A stretch of 64,000 bases of DNA from a virus. Numbering within the stretch: the first letter of the stretch is position 1; every line of letters starts with the position of its first letter. The stretch covers positions 1 through 64,000 of IMG/VR virus record IMGVR_UViG_3300021171_000010. One strand, given 5' to 3'. This document shows, piece by piece, positions 17,764-26,997 of the stretch. The notes under the pieces were generated by a model, which saw only the letters and a list, made by a program, of their open reading frames with translations, was not told where the DNA came from and did not search any database. Position numbers and translations under genes: made by a program.

Positions 17764-18669
17764 ATGGCATTCACCGAAGACACAGGCTTCAAGACCGGGG
17801 ATTCTCTTTGGTCTCTCACTCGCAAGATTCTTTCTCGTCTCAACCAGGGTATATCGACATCCGGAGGTGGTGGAGGTGGTGGGGGTGGCGGTCCTACTCA
17901 AATTCAGGATGGTGGTGGTAGTGGAGCTCTAGCAACCGTAACGGCGGCTAATGCCGTTAAAACCGATGGAAGCGCAGTAACACAACCTATTTCCAATGCA
18001 AACCTGGGCAATCTTGACGTTTCTCTCTCTACTCGGCTGAAGCCCGCGGATACTCTTACCGCAGTCACTACGGTAGGAACTATCACGAATCCCGTCACAG
18101 TAGCACAGGCCACTGCGGCTAATCTCAAGGTAGATTTATCCGGCACGGGCGCCAATGCTACGGCGTTGAAAGTGGATGGCAGCGCGGTGACACAGCCAGT
18201 TAGCGGAAACGTGGGAGGTAAGACCGCCGTAATTAAAGCCAATCCGACTATCAGCACGAGCGCCTATTCGGCCGGCTTCACTGTAGGGGCAATCCAAACT
18301 CTTGCGAATGCGTTCACCTCACAGAGCACAGGAATTTTGGAATCTTTGATTCTACTCGACAAGTCTAATCAGAAAGCGCCGATGGATATTCTGCTTTTCG
18401 ATGCGAATCCCACCAACGCAACAACCACTGACCATGCGACTTTTGTAATCTCCACAGATGATTTGAAAGTGATTGGCCGAGTATCTGTAGCTGCGGGCGA
18501 TTACGTAACCATCGCGAGCGGTGAGGCAGTGGCAATTAAAACCGGCCTGGGAATCGCGCTGAAGGCCGCGGCTGCCGGCACTACTCTCTATGCTGTGGCT
18601 ATCACGTCAGGCACGCCCACTTATTCTGCCACTGCGCTGCAGTGGGTTTGGGGAATCCTGCAAGACTGA
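17764..18669 (+). CDS. virion fibre/decoration protein (poly-Gly linker, KxDGSAVTQP repeats, C-terminal paralog 3 domain)
   Basis: G10 run; KTDGSAVTQPIS and KVDGSAVTQPVS repeats; C-terminal domain similar to 15691. Confidence 0.7.
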   Translation: MAFTEDTGFKTGDSLWSLTRKILSRLNQGISTSGGGGGGGGGGPTQIQDGGGSGALATVTAANAVKTDGSAVTQPISNANLGNLDVSLSTRLKPADTLTAVTTVGTITNPVTVAQATAANLKVDLSGTGANATALKVDGSAVTQPVSGNVGGKTAVIKANPTISTSAYSAGFTVGAIQTLANAFTSQSTGILESLILLDKSNQKAPMDILLFDANPTNATTTDHATFVISTDDLKVIGRVSVAAGDYVTIASGEAVAIKTGLGIALKAAAAGTTLYAVAITSGTPTYSATALQWVWGILQD

Positions 18670-18671
18670 GT

Positions 18672-20240
18672 ATGCCTAATCCGGTAGTCAATAGGCGCCT
18701 GGGCGGAGGAGCCAGTGGGTCTAACCCGTTGCTGAATGGGATTATTTCCTATTGGGATTTTCAGACTTCATCTTACCTGGATTTGGTAGACGGAAATAAC
18801 CTGTCTGCACCTAACGGTGGGGTGACTACCCAAGCTGAATTTATTGCTAACGGTATTCAGGTTAGTTCGGGCGTTGGGGCTGTAGTAGGTATAGCGGATA
18901 ACGCTAGTTTATCCGGAGGAGCGGGCGTATCGTTTACAGTAAGTGTGTGGTCTAATACCGCCAGTGGAACAAATGGTTTGCTTATCGGGAAGTGGGATAA
19001 AACGCACAATGATTATGCTATTCTGATTAATAGCCAGGATAGAGTAGTATTTGTAGCTACTGACATCACCACAGGGCTTGTCGTTGAAGTTGATTCAAAG
19101 TTTAATGTGTCCGGGGCGTCTAGCTTTAATCATTTTTGTGCCGGATTTGATGCTACGGTAGGTGCGATTTGGCTACAGATTAATGGTGGAGTTCGATTTT
19201 ATTCTAGTTGTAGTGGAGTTCAACGAACAGTAGCTGCTTTCACTGTGGGTAATTTTGGGTTGGCTTCGGCCCAAACTGGATTAGGCGCAGGTTTGGATGA
19301 GGCCGCTTTTTGGCACCGTAGCTTAAGTGCAGATGAAGTCAATCTTCTTTATAACATGGGAATTGGAAATCAGTATCCATTCTCTGGAGTTGTGGTGACT
19401 GGAAGCTCTTTGACTGTAGGCCAGGATTGGGCGAATAGGGTAGTTTCAAACGGTGGCGCTGCGCCTAGTTCCACTTCTATAAACGCCGCAAATGATTTTT
19501 ATAGTGGATTGGTGACTGATGGATTGGCCGGAATAGTAGTAGCTGCCAATATGTTTGCCCCGGACAATCTGATTGCGGCTATTACTCCGTTGATTGCACA
19601 GGCCGGTTCTGACCCTTGGGTTAATCACAATTTTGTAATTGGTGATTTGACTGTAAATGGATTGGTAGGAGATGGGTCCACTAAATATTTAGCAACCGGG
19701 ATAATTCCCGGGCTAGCGGATGTTTTTCGATTGAATGCGCCATTGACTAGTATTTCTGCCGGATTAGTCGGATACACATCAGTTGATAACTCTGGTTCGC
19801 AGGAAGAACTTGCTTGTTATGGGGCCAATACTCAATCTGAATTTGGATTGGCGACTAATTTTGGCGGCTCCTCATACCTCACTTGTTGGAAATTTGTTAC
19901 TTCTGGCACTGATGACATTGTTGTTACTGCGCCCTCTCCTGCCACTGGCTATTTTTCTGGGCAACGAACCGCTTCGAATGCAATTGCATTTTATTTTGCT
20001 AATAGTGGGCATGCGCACTCTACTCTAGGGAGCGGAACAGGCAATCAAACGGGTTCAATAGAAACCGTCCAACCGCTTTTTGCTTTTGCTGCCAATAACA
20101 ATGGTGGAGGTCCAGCTAATTTCACTAGAAAACGACTTTCATTTTTGGCGGTCACTAAAGGGCTTACTTCGGCGCAAGATGCGAAATTGTTTTCGCGAGT
20201 GCAAACTCTGCGCACTACTTTGGGTGGGGGATTCGTATGA
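18672..20240 (+). CDS. LamG/concanavalin-A-like virion protein with a second C-terminal domain
   Basis: GIISYWDF, SFTVSVW, LDEAAFWHRSLSADEVNLLYN LamG pattern. C-terminal half is paralogous to 24462-25343. Confidence 0.75.
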   Translation: MPNPVVNRRLGGGASGSNPLLNGIISYWDFQTSSYLDLVDGNNLSAPNGGVTTQAEFIANGIQVSSGVGAVVGIADNASLSGGAGVSFTVSVWSNTASGTNGLLIGKWDKTHNDYAILINSQDRVVFVATDITTGLVVEVDSKFNVSGASSFNHFCAGFDATVGAIWLQINGGVRFYSSCSGVQRTVAAFTVGNFGLASAQTGLGAGLDEAAFWHRSLSADEVNLLYNMGIGNQYPFSGVVVTGSSLTVGQDWANRVVSNGGAAPSSTSINAANDFYSGLVTDGLAGIVVAANMFAPDNLIAAITPLIAQAGSDPWVNHNFVIGDLTVNGLVGDGSTKYLATGIIPGLADVFRLNAPLTSISAGLVGYTSVDNSGSQEELACYGANTQSEFGLATNFGGSSYLTCWKFVTSGTDDIVVTAPSPATGYFSGQRTASNAIAFYFANSGHAHSTLGSGTGNQTGSIETVQPLFAFAANNNGGGPANFTRKRLSFLAVTKGLTSAQDAKLFSRVQTLRTTLGGGFV

Positions 20241-20428
20241 TAAAGAGGATTTTGGAAAACGAAAAACTACTTTTTGCCGCCCTCGGTTTTAATGGTGTGC
20301 TGGAAGGAATCAGGCACATTATTGTGAAATACCAACCCGAACTTACTGCTTTGCTTACGCTTTTACAGATAGCTATCGCGGCGCTTACCTTGGCGCACTT
20401 GGGTAAAAAACTCCTGAAGAAAAAATGA
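20237..20428 (+). CDS. putative holin
   Basis: 63 aa with hydrophobic helices and a Lys-rich C-terminus. Confidence 0.5.
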   Translation: MIKRILENEKLLFAALGFNGVLEGIRHIIVKYQPELTALLTLLQIAIAALTLAHLGKKLLKKK

Positions 20429-21177
20429 AAAAAATCCTGACCTTACTTGCGTTATCCTCGTTCTTGTTTACTGGGTGCGCTCTTATTCCTAAACCGGTTG
20501 AGTTTTTCCAGAAGAAAGTGAAATCCTTCCCCGAGCCCACTTCTAAGCAGGTGGAAGTTCAGAAACAAACTGCACAACGGGCTAAGGAAGCGGCTCAGGC
20601 TACCCTAAGCACCGCAGTGGATGAGGGCGCTAGCACAAATCTTGTGGCGACTGCCAAAGATACCGCGGTGCTCACCGACGCAGTTTCGACTTCTCTGGGG
20701 CCGCCCGTGAAACCGTCTGTGGCGCCCGCGCAGGATTTGTCCACAGAGCTTTTGACCCAGGTAGCGAAGCTAAACCGAAAGATTGATGCTTTCGCTGAAG
20801 CAAACGAAAAGGTGGAAGGTAAAAAAATTGAAGGCACCGGAGTTTTTTCGGTTCCTTACTTCGTGTATGCCGGCGGATTTGTTTTGCTTGTGGTGGTTGG
20901 ATGGCACTTGGCTAAAACTGCCTTGATGGCCGGTTCGATTGCTAATCCGGCGATTGCTCCCCTACTGGGCCTTGCAAATGGCGGCATGAACGCTGCCGGT
21001 GCCGCGGCGGGAAAGGGACTGCAACAGGTGGTTGCGGGAGGCTCCGCATTTCTTAAAAAATTGGAAACGGAAGTGACAGACCCCGCGCTCCGACAAAGAG
21101 TGAAAGACCTTTTCGTGGCGGCACACAAAGAGGCTCAGGATGCGGATGTGAAAGTGCTTGTTGACAAGCTTAAATGA
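20425..21177 (+). CDS. lipoprotein with coiled coil and internal TM helix (spanin-like)
   Basis: Lipobox FTG-C at residue 18; helical region; TM segment VPYFVYAGGFVLLVVVGW. Follows the holin. Confidence 0.55.
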   Translation: MKKILTLLALSSFLFTGCALIPKPVEFFQKKVKSFPEPTSKQVEVQKQTAQRAKEAAQATLSTAVDEGASTNLVATAKDTAVLTDAVSTSLGPPVKPSVAPAQDLSTELLTQVAKLNRKIDAFAEANEKVEGKKIEGTGVFSVPYFVYAGGFVLLVVVGWHLAKTALMAGSIANPAIAPLLGLANGGMNAAGAAAGKGLQQVVAGGSAFLKKLETEVTDPALRQRVKDLFVAAHKEAQDADVKVLVDKLK

Positions 21178-21192
21178 ACCGACTCTTAGCCT

Positions 21193-21366
21193 GTGGACAA
21201 TGACCAAGATGATGGTGCCCCGCCGGTGAACAACACCGGCCGAAGCGCCGAGAGCGAGGGCGGAGATTTTCCTGTTGCCCACGCGCACCCCGTTAGGCCG
21301 CGAAACGTTATGCAAGTTCCTCCGCCCGCGCCGCAATACGTTTTGGTTGTTACTAACCCCGATTGA
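21193..21366 (+). CDS. hypothetical protein, 57 aa (not in the ORF track)
   Basis: GTG start 4 nt after an ACTCTTA motif; MDNDQDDGAPPVNNTG...VLVVTNPD*. Fills the gap up to the next ATG. Confidence 0.5.
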   Translation: MDNDQDDGAPPVNNTGRSAESEGGDFPVAHAHPVRPRNVMQVPPPAPQYVLVVTNPD

Positions 21367-21369
21367 AAT

Positions 21370-22569
21370 ATGCCTGGAGACACTGGAAATTGCACCGATT
21401 GCGGGACTTGTAATCCACAAAACCCCAATCCTATCGATACTTGCGGCCGGTCGTTGCTGCAGTGTGACAACCCTTGCCGTTCGCAGCCGGGAAACACGGC
21501 AGCTTGTGAATCGCTCCCCAGCCAGATTCAGAATTTCACGCTCCAGTTTTTCGGCACAGTGGTCAAGACGGAAGTAAATGGTGTGGTTCAGTGGCTTCTG
21601 CCCTGCAGTCTGGACGTTGGTTTGCCGGCGAATCCTCGCGGAGTGGATGAGGGTTTGGCTTGTTATTTCCTTAGGCTATTTCAAACGGGGATTACCGGTT
21701 TGCAGGGGCCGCCCGGAGCGCGCGGCCCATCGGGTTGTGACGGACGAAACGCATACACTGTTACGCTGCAGGCCTTTTCTCAGCCAAGTTTGGGAAGCCC
21801 AATCGCCCAGGTGCTGACCCAATACAATCCTGCCATTTTGACGGGCCTATCTGTTTACATCGCGGGGTCTGGGTGGTATCGAGTCACTCAGGCAAATTCT
21901 GATGGCACCCTTTTTCTGTCCTTGGAGGAGTCGCTTGTCAATGCGCCGTCAAGCATTCCGGCGGGTTCGTTGGTGGTCATCGCTGGCGAGCCGGGCGCAC
22001 CTGGGCTTACCGGACCGGTTGGACCCCAGGGGCCTCAAGGTTTGCAGGGCGGTCAGGGTCCTGTTGGACCTATCGGGCCGCCGGGAATTCAGGGACCTCC
22101 GGGAACGCCGGGCAATACTCCCGTGCTCGCTTTTGGGTTTGCCCATGGCACAGATAGTGGCGGCGCTGATGCTAGCGTAGGTAGCTCTTACGCCGCGTTG
22201 AATTTTGGACCGGGAACTTTCGGATTTGTTGCTGTTGCGACAGGAACGTATTTCATCACGGTGGTGCTCACATTTAGCGTAACGCAGAATGATAATGTGG
22301 CGCCTAATCTGATTCCATCTCCGTTTGGCAAGTTGGTAAATATCACAGCCAGTGCAGACATTGCTTCTTCGGAGGTTTCAGTCACACCGTCCAAGATGGC
22401 ATCGTTGCCTGGAGTTACACAAGTTCAATTGACAATTAGTTCAATTGTAACTGTAGGCGCGCCGAATACATCAATCGGAGTTTACACTAAAGCTAACGGA
22501 ATCGCGGGCTCTAGCTCGGTGACTGCCATATCGGCACAAACAGTAATTAATTGGGTGAAAATCGCATGA
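21370..22569 (+). CDS. collagen-like fibre protein with Cys-rich N-terminus
   Basis: Two G-X-Y tracts; CTDCGTC...C...CDNPC...C N-terminus; beta-rich C-terminal domain. Confidence 0.78.
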   Translation: MPGDTGNCTDCGTCNPQNPNPIDTCGRSLLQCDNPCRSQPGNTAACESLPSQIQNFTLQFFGTVVKTEVNGVVQWLLPCSLDVGLPANPRGVDEGLACYFLRLFQTGITGLQGPPGARGPSGCDGRNAYTVTLQAFSQPSLGSPIAQVLTQYNPAILTGLSVYIAGSGWYRVTQANSDGTLFLSLEESLVNAPSSIPAGSLVVIAGEPGAPGLTGPVGPQGPQGLQGGQGPVGPIGPPGIQGPPGTPGNTPVLAFGFAHGTDSGGADASVGSSYAALNFGPGTFGFVAVATGTYFITVVLTFSVTQNDNVAPNLIPSPFGKLVNITASADIASSEVSVTPSKMASLPGVTQVQLTISSIVTVGAPNTSIGVYTKANGIAGSSSVTAISAQTVINWVKIA

Positions 22570-22904
22570 AACAAATGGACCGAGATTTGAATATGTCGGA
22601 GATGGGGCCGGATAGCCAGCCCGAGATGCCGAGAAACGACCACTATCCCACAATTCATTTTGAGGGGCCGGAGGAACTCGGCTTGCCGGAGCACGGCACG
22701 ATGCTAGTTCATTACAAGGTAAAGCGCGAGGTGGAAACGAAACACCCCCCGGACCGGCACTGGTATTCTTGCGATATCGAGATTCGAAAAATTTGTGGGG
22801 CTGAAGCAGAGAAAGATATGCGACCCTCTAAACGTGATACATCAGCAGAAGACAGTTTGGACAGGCTGATGAAAGAGCGCGAAGAGGGCGGTTCACGTGA
22901 GTAA
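22566..22904 (+). CDS. hypothetical protein
   Basis: ATGA-coupled at 22566; acidic, about 112 aa. Confidence 0.6.
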   Translation: MKQMDRDLNMSEMGPDSQPEMPRNDHYPTIHFEGPEELGLPEHGTMLVHYKVKREVETKHPPDRHWYSCDIEIRKICGAEAEKDMRPSKRDTSAEDSLDRLMKEREEGGSRE

Positions 22905-24462
22905 TCAGGGACCGGTGGGGCCTCAAGGTCCGGTTGGGCCTCAAGGAGCTCCTGGCGTAGTGGGACCAGTTGGTCCGCAGGGCTCCACAGGCCCTCAAGG
23001 TTTTGACGGGGCTCAAGGTGTTCCTGGACCGATTGGCCCACAGGGTGCCACAGGTCCGCAAGGTGTCCCTGGACCGGTTGGTCCACAAGGCGCCACAGGC
23101 CCTCAAGGGCCGGCTGGCAATGGTGGGACCGGAGTAGTCAGCACTAGTAATTTCTACAACATCAAGACTGATTTTGGTGCTTTGGGGGACGGAACAACTG
23201 ATGACACAATTGCCATACAGAATGCTATTAACGTCGTAGCTGCCTCGCCTGCTGGTGGGACAATCTTTTTTCCCAATGGTGTCTATATAATCGGCGGAGC
23301 CATGCGAGGAAGTGGAGCGTATCAAGCCCAGTTGCTTATACCTGAAATTCCAAACTACCCAAACCAAACCACGCTTATTCGATTTGTCGGTCCCGAGATG
23401 CCGGCACAAGGTCTCCCAGTAATTGCCTCTTTACCGAATGCTTTTGGCGGCGCTGTTTTAAAAAGCACCTTAGCTTCTACTGGAGGCGGCACCAATGCTG
23501 TAATCGCTACTGTTCGAAATACGGTTCCTAATTTTAACAACTTTAATTCCGTGTCAATAGATATGGAGAATCTGACAATCCAAGTGTCAGATAATCCTCA
23601 AATTTCTGGATTAAATTTCAGAAAAGCAGTTTGTCTCCGCCTGCGCGGGGTCACCGTTTACACGGGAGTGGCGCCGTTTTCATCCTCCAAGCCCACACTT
23701 ACTACTTCCATAGGCGTTGTGACGCCTGACAACAACAACGGAGCTTTTACTAGGCTTGACGACACTGTTGTAAGTGGTTTTTATACTGGGTATGAGCTGA
23801 ATGAACATGCTTGTGGCAATAATGTATGCGCATATTATTGTTTTCAAGGGGCTACAGTTCCTTTTGCATACCATGCTTTGCATTTCGAGCGTATTCTTTT
23901 GGTTCATTGTCCTCATGGGCTTGTGTGGAGCGGAGCATCCAGACTTGATGTAGAACAACTGGACGTTGAGTATTCTATGGGGGATTGGGCTGTTCTGGTT
24001 TCCAATTTGGATGACCCGGGTTCGGTGGCTTCAGGCAATATTCGATGGGCGGCTGTTCAGGGGGGCACTGGTCCCACTATTGGGGTAATCCATTCTTTTC
24101 CAAACGCGGCACCGTTGATTCATCTGCAAGAACTAGGAGATGGATTGCTTACCAGCAGTGCAGCCGCAACAGTTTCCGGCCCAACTGTGCTGGATTTTTC
24201 TGGGGCTCCCCTTCAAACATTTATAATGTCAGGAGATGTCTCTTTTACTACTCAGACCAGACGCGCCGGCGCTTTTTTGAGTGCGCGCATGCTTCCTAAT
24301 GGGGCGGTTCGTTCAGTTCTTTTTCCGGCTGGGTGGACTTGGTTGGGGGTAGACAATAGCGCGGGATTATCTTTGCCAGTAGGAAAAACTGGGGTGTTAT
24401 CTCTCACGTGTTACGGCCCGTTGGATTCGGATGTTGTGGCGGTCTATGCCGTTTCTCCCTAA
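22897..24462 (+). CDS. collagen-repeat tailspike with pectate-lyase-like beta-helix
   Basis: About 23 G-X-Y triplets, then [25 protein letters not shown]...[11 protein letters not shown] (pectate lyase 3 N-cap). Confidence 0.82.
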   Translation: MSNQGPVGPQGPVGPQGAPGVVGPVGPQGSTGPQGFDGAQGVPGPIGPQGATGPQGVPGPVGPQGATGPQGPAGNGGTGVVSTSNFYNIKTDFGALGDGTTDDTIAIQNAINVVAASPAGGTIFFPNGVYIIGGAMRGSGAYQAQLLIPEIPNYPNQTTLIRFVGPEMPAQGLPVIASLPNAFGGAVLKSTLASTGGGTNAVIATVRNTVPNFNNFNSVSIDMENLTIQVSDNPQISGLNFRKAVCLRLRGVTVYTGVAPFSSSKPTLTTSIGVVTPDNNNGAFTRLDDTVVSGFYTGYELNEHACGNNVCAYYCFQGATVPFAYHALHFERILLVHCPHGLVWSGASRLDVEQLDVEYSMGDWAVLVSNLDDPGSVASGNIRWAAVQGGTGPTIGVIHSFPNAAPLIHLQELGDGLLTSSAAATVSGPTVLDFSGAPLQTFIMSGDVSFTTQTRRAGAFLSARMLPNGAVRSVLFPAGWTWLGVDNSAGLSLPVGKTGVLSLTCYGPLDSDVVAVYAVSP

Positions 24463-25343
24463 TGATTCCTAATTCCCTATGCAATGCGCCGTTTTTAGCA
24501 TCCGCGGCGAAGGTATCTAGCGCTCCTATATCTGCGGGAGCCGCCTGGGCTACTCAAGTTCAGGTTAACGGGGGAGCTAAACCCAGCAATAATTCAATTG
24601 CCGCCTGTTCAACTTTTTGGTCCGGTCTGATATCAGATGGAATATCAGGAAAAATAGTTATGGCTAATGTCATAGCTCCTGATAGTTTGACTGCAGCTTT
24701 GACCCCGCTTCAGGCCTCTTACGGTAATTTGCTATGGGCAAATCACAATTTTCTGGTTTCTGATTTAACTGTGGGTGGTTTAAAAGGTGATGGAGCTACA
24801 AAATATTTGGATACGGGCTTAATTCCCGGAGCCGCAAATAGTTTATTGACTAGCTCATCTTTTGGATTGGCTATATATGTAACAGAAGATAGCGCCGGTG
24901 CTGAAGAAGAGTTGTCTTGCTACGGACCATTGAATTCTTCTTGGTGTTCGTTGATGTCGAACTGGACGCAAGTAGGGGCTTTTGGATGTTGGCGATTCAT
25001 CAATGTGAATAGTGATTTCATTCGTACCACTTCTCCCAACCCTGCAATTGGGTATTTTTCAGGGCACCGAGTCGCTTCTAATTTACTGAGCATGTATTTT
25101 GCTAGCAGCACGCACGCGCATACTGCGTTGATTACGGGCACTGCTGCTCAGTCAGGCTCGATTGAATCGGTCAGGTCTTTGTTTGCTTTTGCGGCCAATA
25201 ACAACGGCACCGGTCCAGCCAATTTTAGCCACAAGCGTCTTTCATTTTTTGCGGTGACTGCGGGCTTATCATCAGCAGAAGACACGTTGCTGTTCGCGCG
25301 GGTGCAAGCGCTTCGGCAGGCCTTGGGCGGGGGATTCATTTGA
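24462..25343 (+). CDS. virion protein paralogous to the C-terminal domain of 18672-20240
   Basis: Shared NGGA.PS..SI.A, APD.L.AA.TPL, W.NHNF...DLTV.GL.GDG.TKYL.TG.IPG, LFAFAANNNG.GPANF..KRLSF, LGGGF. Confidence 0.75.
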   Translation: MIPNSLCNAPFLASAAKVSSAPISAGAAWATQVQVNGGAKPSNNSIAACSTFWSGLISDGISGKIVMANVIAPDSLTAALTPLQASYGNLLWANHNFLVSDLTVGGLKGDGATKYLDTGLIPGAANSLLTSSSFGLAIYVTEDSAGAEEELSCYGPLNSSWCSLMSNWTQVGAFGCWRFINVNSDFIRTTSPNPAIGYFSGHRVASNLLSMYFASSTHAHTALITGTAAQSGSIESVRSLFAFAANNNGTGPANFSHKRLSFFAVTAGLSSAEDTLLFARVQALRQALGGGFI

Positions 25344-25358
25344 CCCACTATTAATTGT

Positions 25359-26366
25359 ATGTTCTTAGTCAATGACGTTTACGATGAGGCCAAGAACATT
25401 ATTGGCACGTGCGACGACACCAAGCTTTTTCGATGGCTGGGTGACGCAGTGTCCATGATTGCTAACAAGGAAGACCTGGAAGGCTGGAAAGGTTACCTGG
25501 ACATTTGCACGGGACATTGCCCGAATTGCAACGCGAGCTCGACAACCTGCAATAATCCGGCTGGATGTGGGCGCCGGGTGGTTACTCTTCCCCGAGAGGT
25601 TGACACAGTGATTGGGGTGAACGTAGGCGGCCAGCCAGTTCTTGGCCGGAATCAGCTTTTTCAGTTCCACTTAAACGGCCCTGGAAGTTGCCGCACTGTT
25701 TGCGAGTGGGCCTATACCGACCAGGGAAATTTTCACGTCACATACAAGGATTTGCATACTCCGGCGTTGCTGGTAGGTTACGCCGGCAATCCTGGGGACA
25801 ATGGAAAGTCATTCATCGTTTACGGGTATGACGACAAGCAGAACGTTCTTCGGCGCCAGGAGGGCGGAGTTTGGCTAAACGGGCTTCGGGTGCAGATAAG
25901 CTACGGTTACGCTATTCCTGCCGTAGGTGACCCGCTCGTGTCGCGCATCACCGGGCTTTTCAAAGACCCGACTATTTCTAGCGCACGCCTCTCGACAATT
26001 GACAGCAGCGGCTCAACCGGAGTGCTTCTGGGGATTTATGAGCCCGATGAAACAACTCCACAACTCCGCCGGATTCAATTGAATCGTTCTTGTAACTGGG
26101 TCCGTATTGCCTACAGGAAAATAAATCCGATATTTTCAAGTAAGTTTGACCACATCCCGTTGCGCAGTCGTGTAGCGCTTTTGGTGGCTGTTCAGGCTCG
26201 TAAACATTATGACGATAGGCAGGCTGCCGATGCTCACGCCGCGGAAGCGGATGCGGCTCGGTTGGAGCTTGAGGCCCAATATGCAGCCGAGCCACCTAAC
26301 TTTTTTCCGCCACAAGTTATTGACATGTCAAATCCCCGTGATAAATACGATTATGACATCCGTTAA
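25359..26366 (+). CDS. head-tail adaptor / tail tubular protein A-like
   Basis: Position before the nozzle gene; VTLPREVDTV motif; helical C-terminus. Confidence 0.55.
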   Translation: MFLVNDVYDEAKNIIGTCDDTKLFRWLGDAVSMIANKEDLEGWKGYLDICTGHCPNCNASSTTCNNPAGCGRRVVTLPREVDTVIGVNVGGQPVLGRNQLFQFHLNGPGSCRTVCEWAYTDQGNFHVTYKDLHTPALLVGYAGNPGDNGKSFIVYGYDDKQNVLRRQEGGVWLNGLRVQISYGYAIPAVGDPLVSRITGLFKDPTISSARLSTIDSSGSTGVLLGIYEPDETTPQLRRIQLNRSCNWVRIAYRKINPIFSSKFDHIPLRSRVALLVAVQARKHYDDRQAADAHAAEADAARLELEAQYAAEPPNFFPPQVIDMSNPRDKYDYDIR

Positions 26367-26997
26367 GTTTACCTTATGGTTTGCGAAAACGATTTTATCG
26401 CTCATTCCGGAATCGAATGCGTTTAATTCTTGGGCAGCTAAACGTCGCAGTTATTTAAAAAGAAAAGGCACCGAGTTTGAAAAATTGAGAGCTAGACTCG
26501 CCGCCGCGCGATTTAGAAAAGCACATCCCGAGAAGGCTGGGGAATACTGGGACGCATATTACGAGGAACATAAACAAGTTTTGTTTCAAAATAAAAAAGA
26601 ATTCAACAAACGTAATCCAGAAAAGGTCCGACGATACGGGAGGAACAAGCAGCGAAATCGCCGAGTAAAAGACCCGGCGTATAGAATCGAATCTTCTATT
26701 CGATGCCGTATGCGATTGGCACTTAAAGGACTGAGTAAAAGTAAAAATACTTTATTACTATGTGGAGTTTCTTCTTGGCAGGAATTGCGCGCCAAGATTG
26801 AGCAGACTTTTTTGCCTGGATTTTCGTGGGGTAATTATGGGACCGTGTGGCACATAGACCACAAACGTCCTTGCGCAAGTTTTGATTTGTCAGACCCCAT
26901 ACAGCAGGCACAGTGCTTTCATTGGTCAAATCTTCAGGCTCTTTCAGTTCAAGAAAATTTGAGCAAAGGTGCAAAATGGAATCCGGAGGGAAAGTAA
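26353..26997 (+). CDS. free-standing HNH-type endonuclease (WHIDH..P...CFH.SNLQ.L...ENL.KG family)
   Basis: Basic helical N-terminus; SWGNYGTVWHIDHKRPCASFDL...CFHWSNLQAL...ENLSKGAK. AT-rich relative to its neighbours. Confidence 0.8.
   Translation: MTSVKFTLWFAKTILSLIPESNAFNSWAAKRRSYLKRKGTEFEKLRARLAAARFRKAHPEKAGEYWDAYYEEHKQVLFQNKKEFNKRNPEKVRRYGRNKQRNRRVKDPAYRIESSIRCRMRLALKGLSKSKNTLLLCGVSSWQELRAKIEQTFLPGFSWGNYGTVWHIDHKRPCASFDLSDPIQQAQCFHWSNLQALSVQENLSKGAKWNPEGK

Noticed and set aside
17653-17764. Stop-codon readthrough fusing the capsid to the in-frame fibre gene
   Set aside because: Same frame, but a second stop (TAG) and two strong hairpins intervene.
22909-23115. Nucleotide tandem repeats in 22909-23115 and 21985-22113
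   Set aside because: Fully explained by collagen G-X-Y coding.
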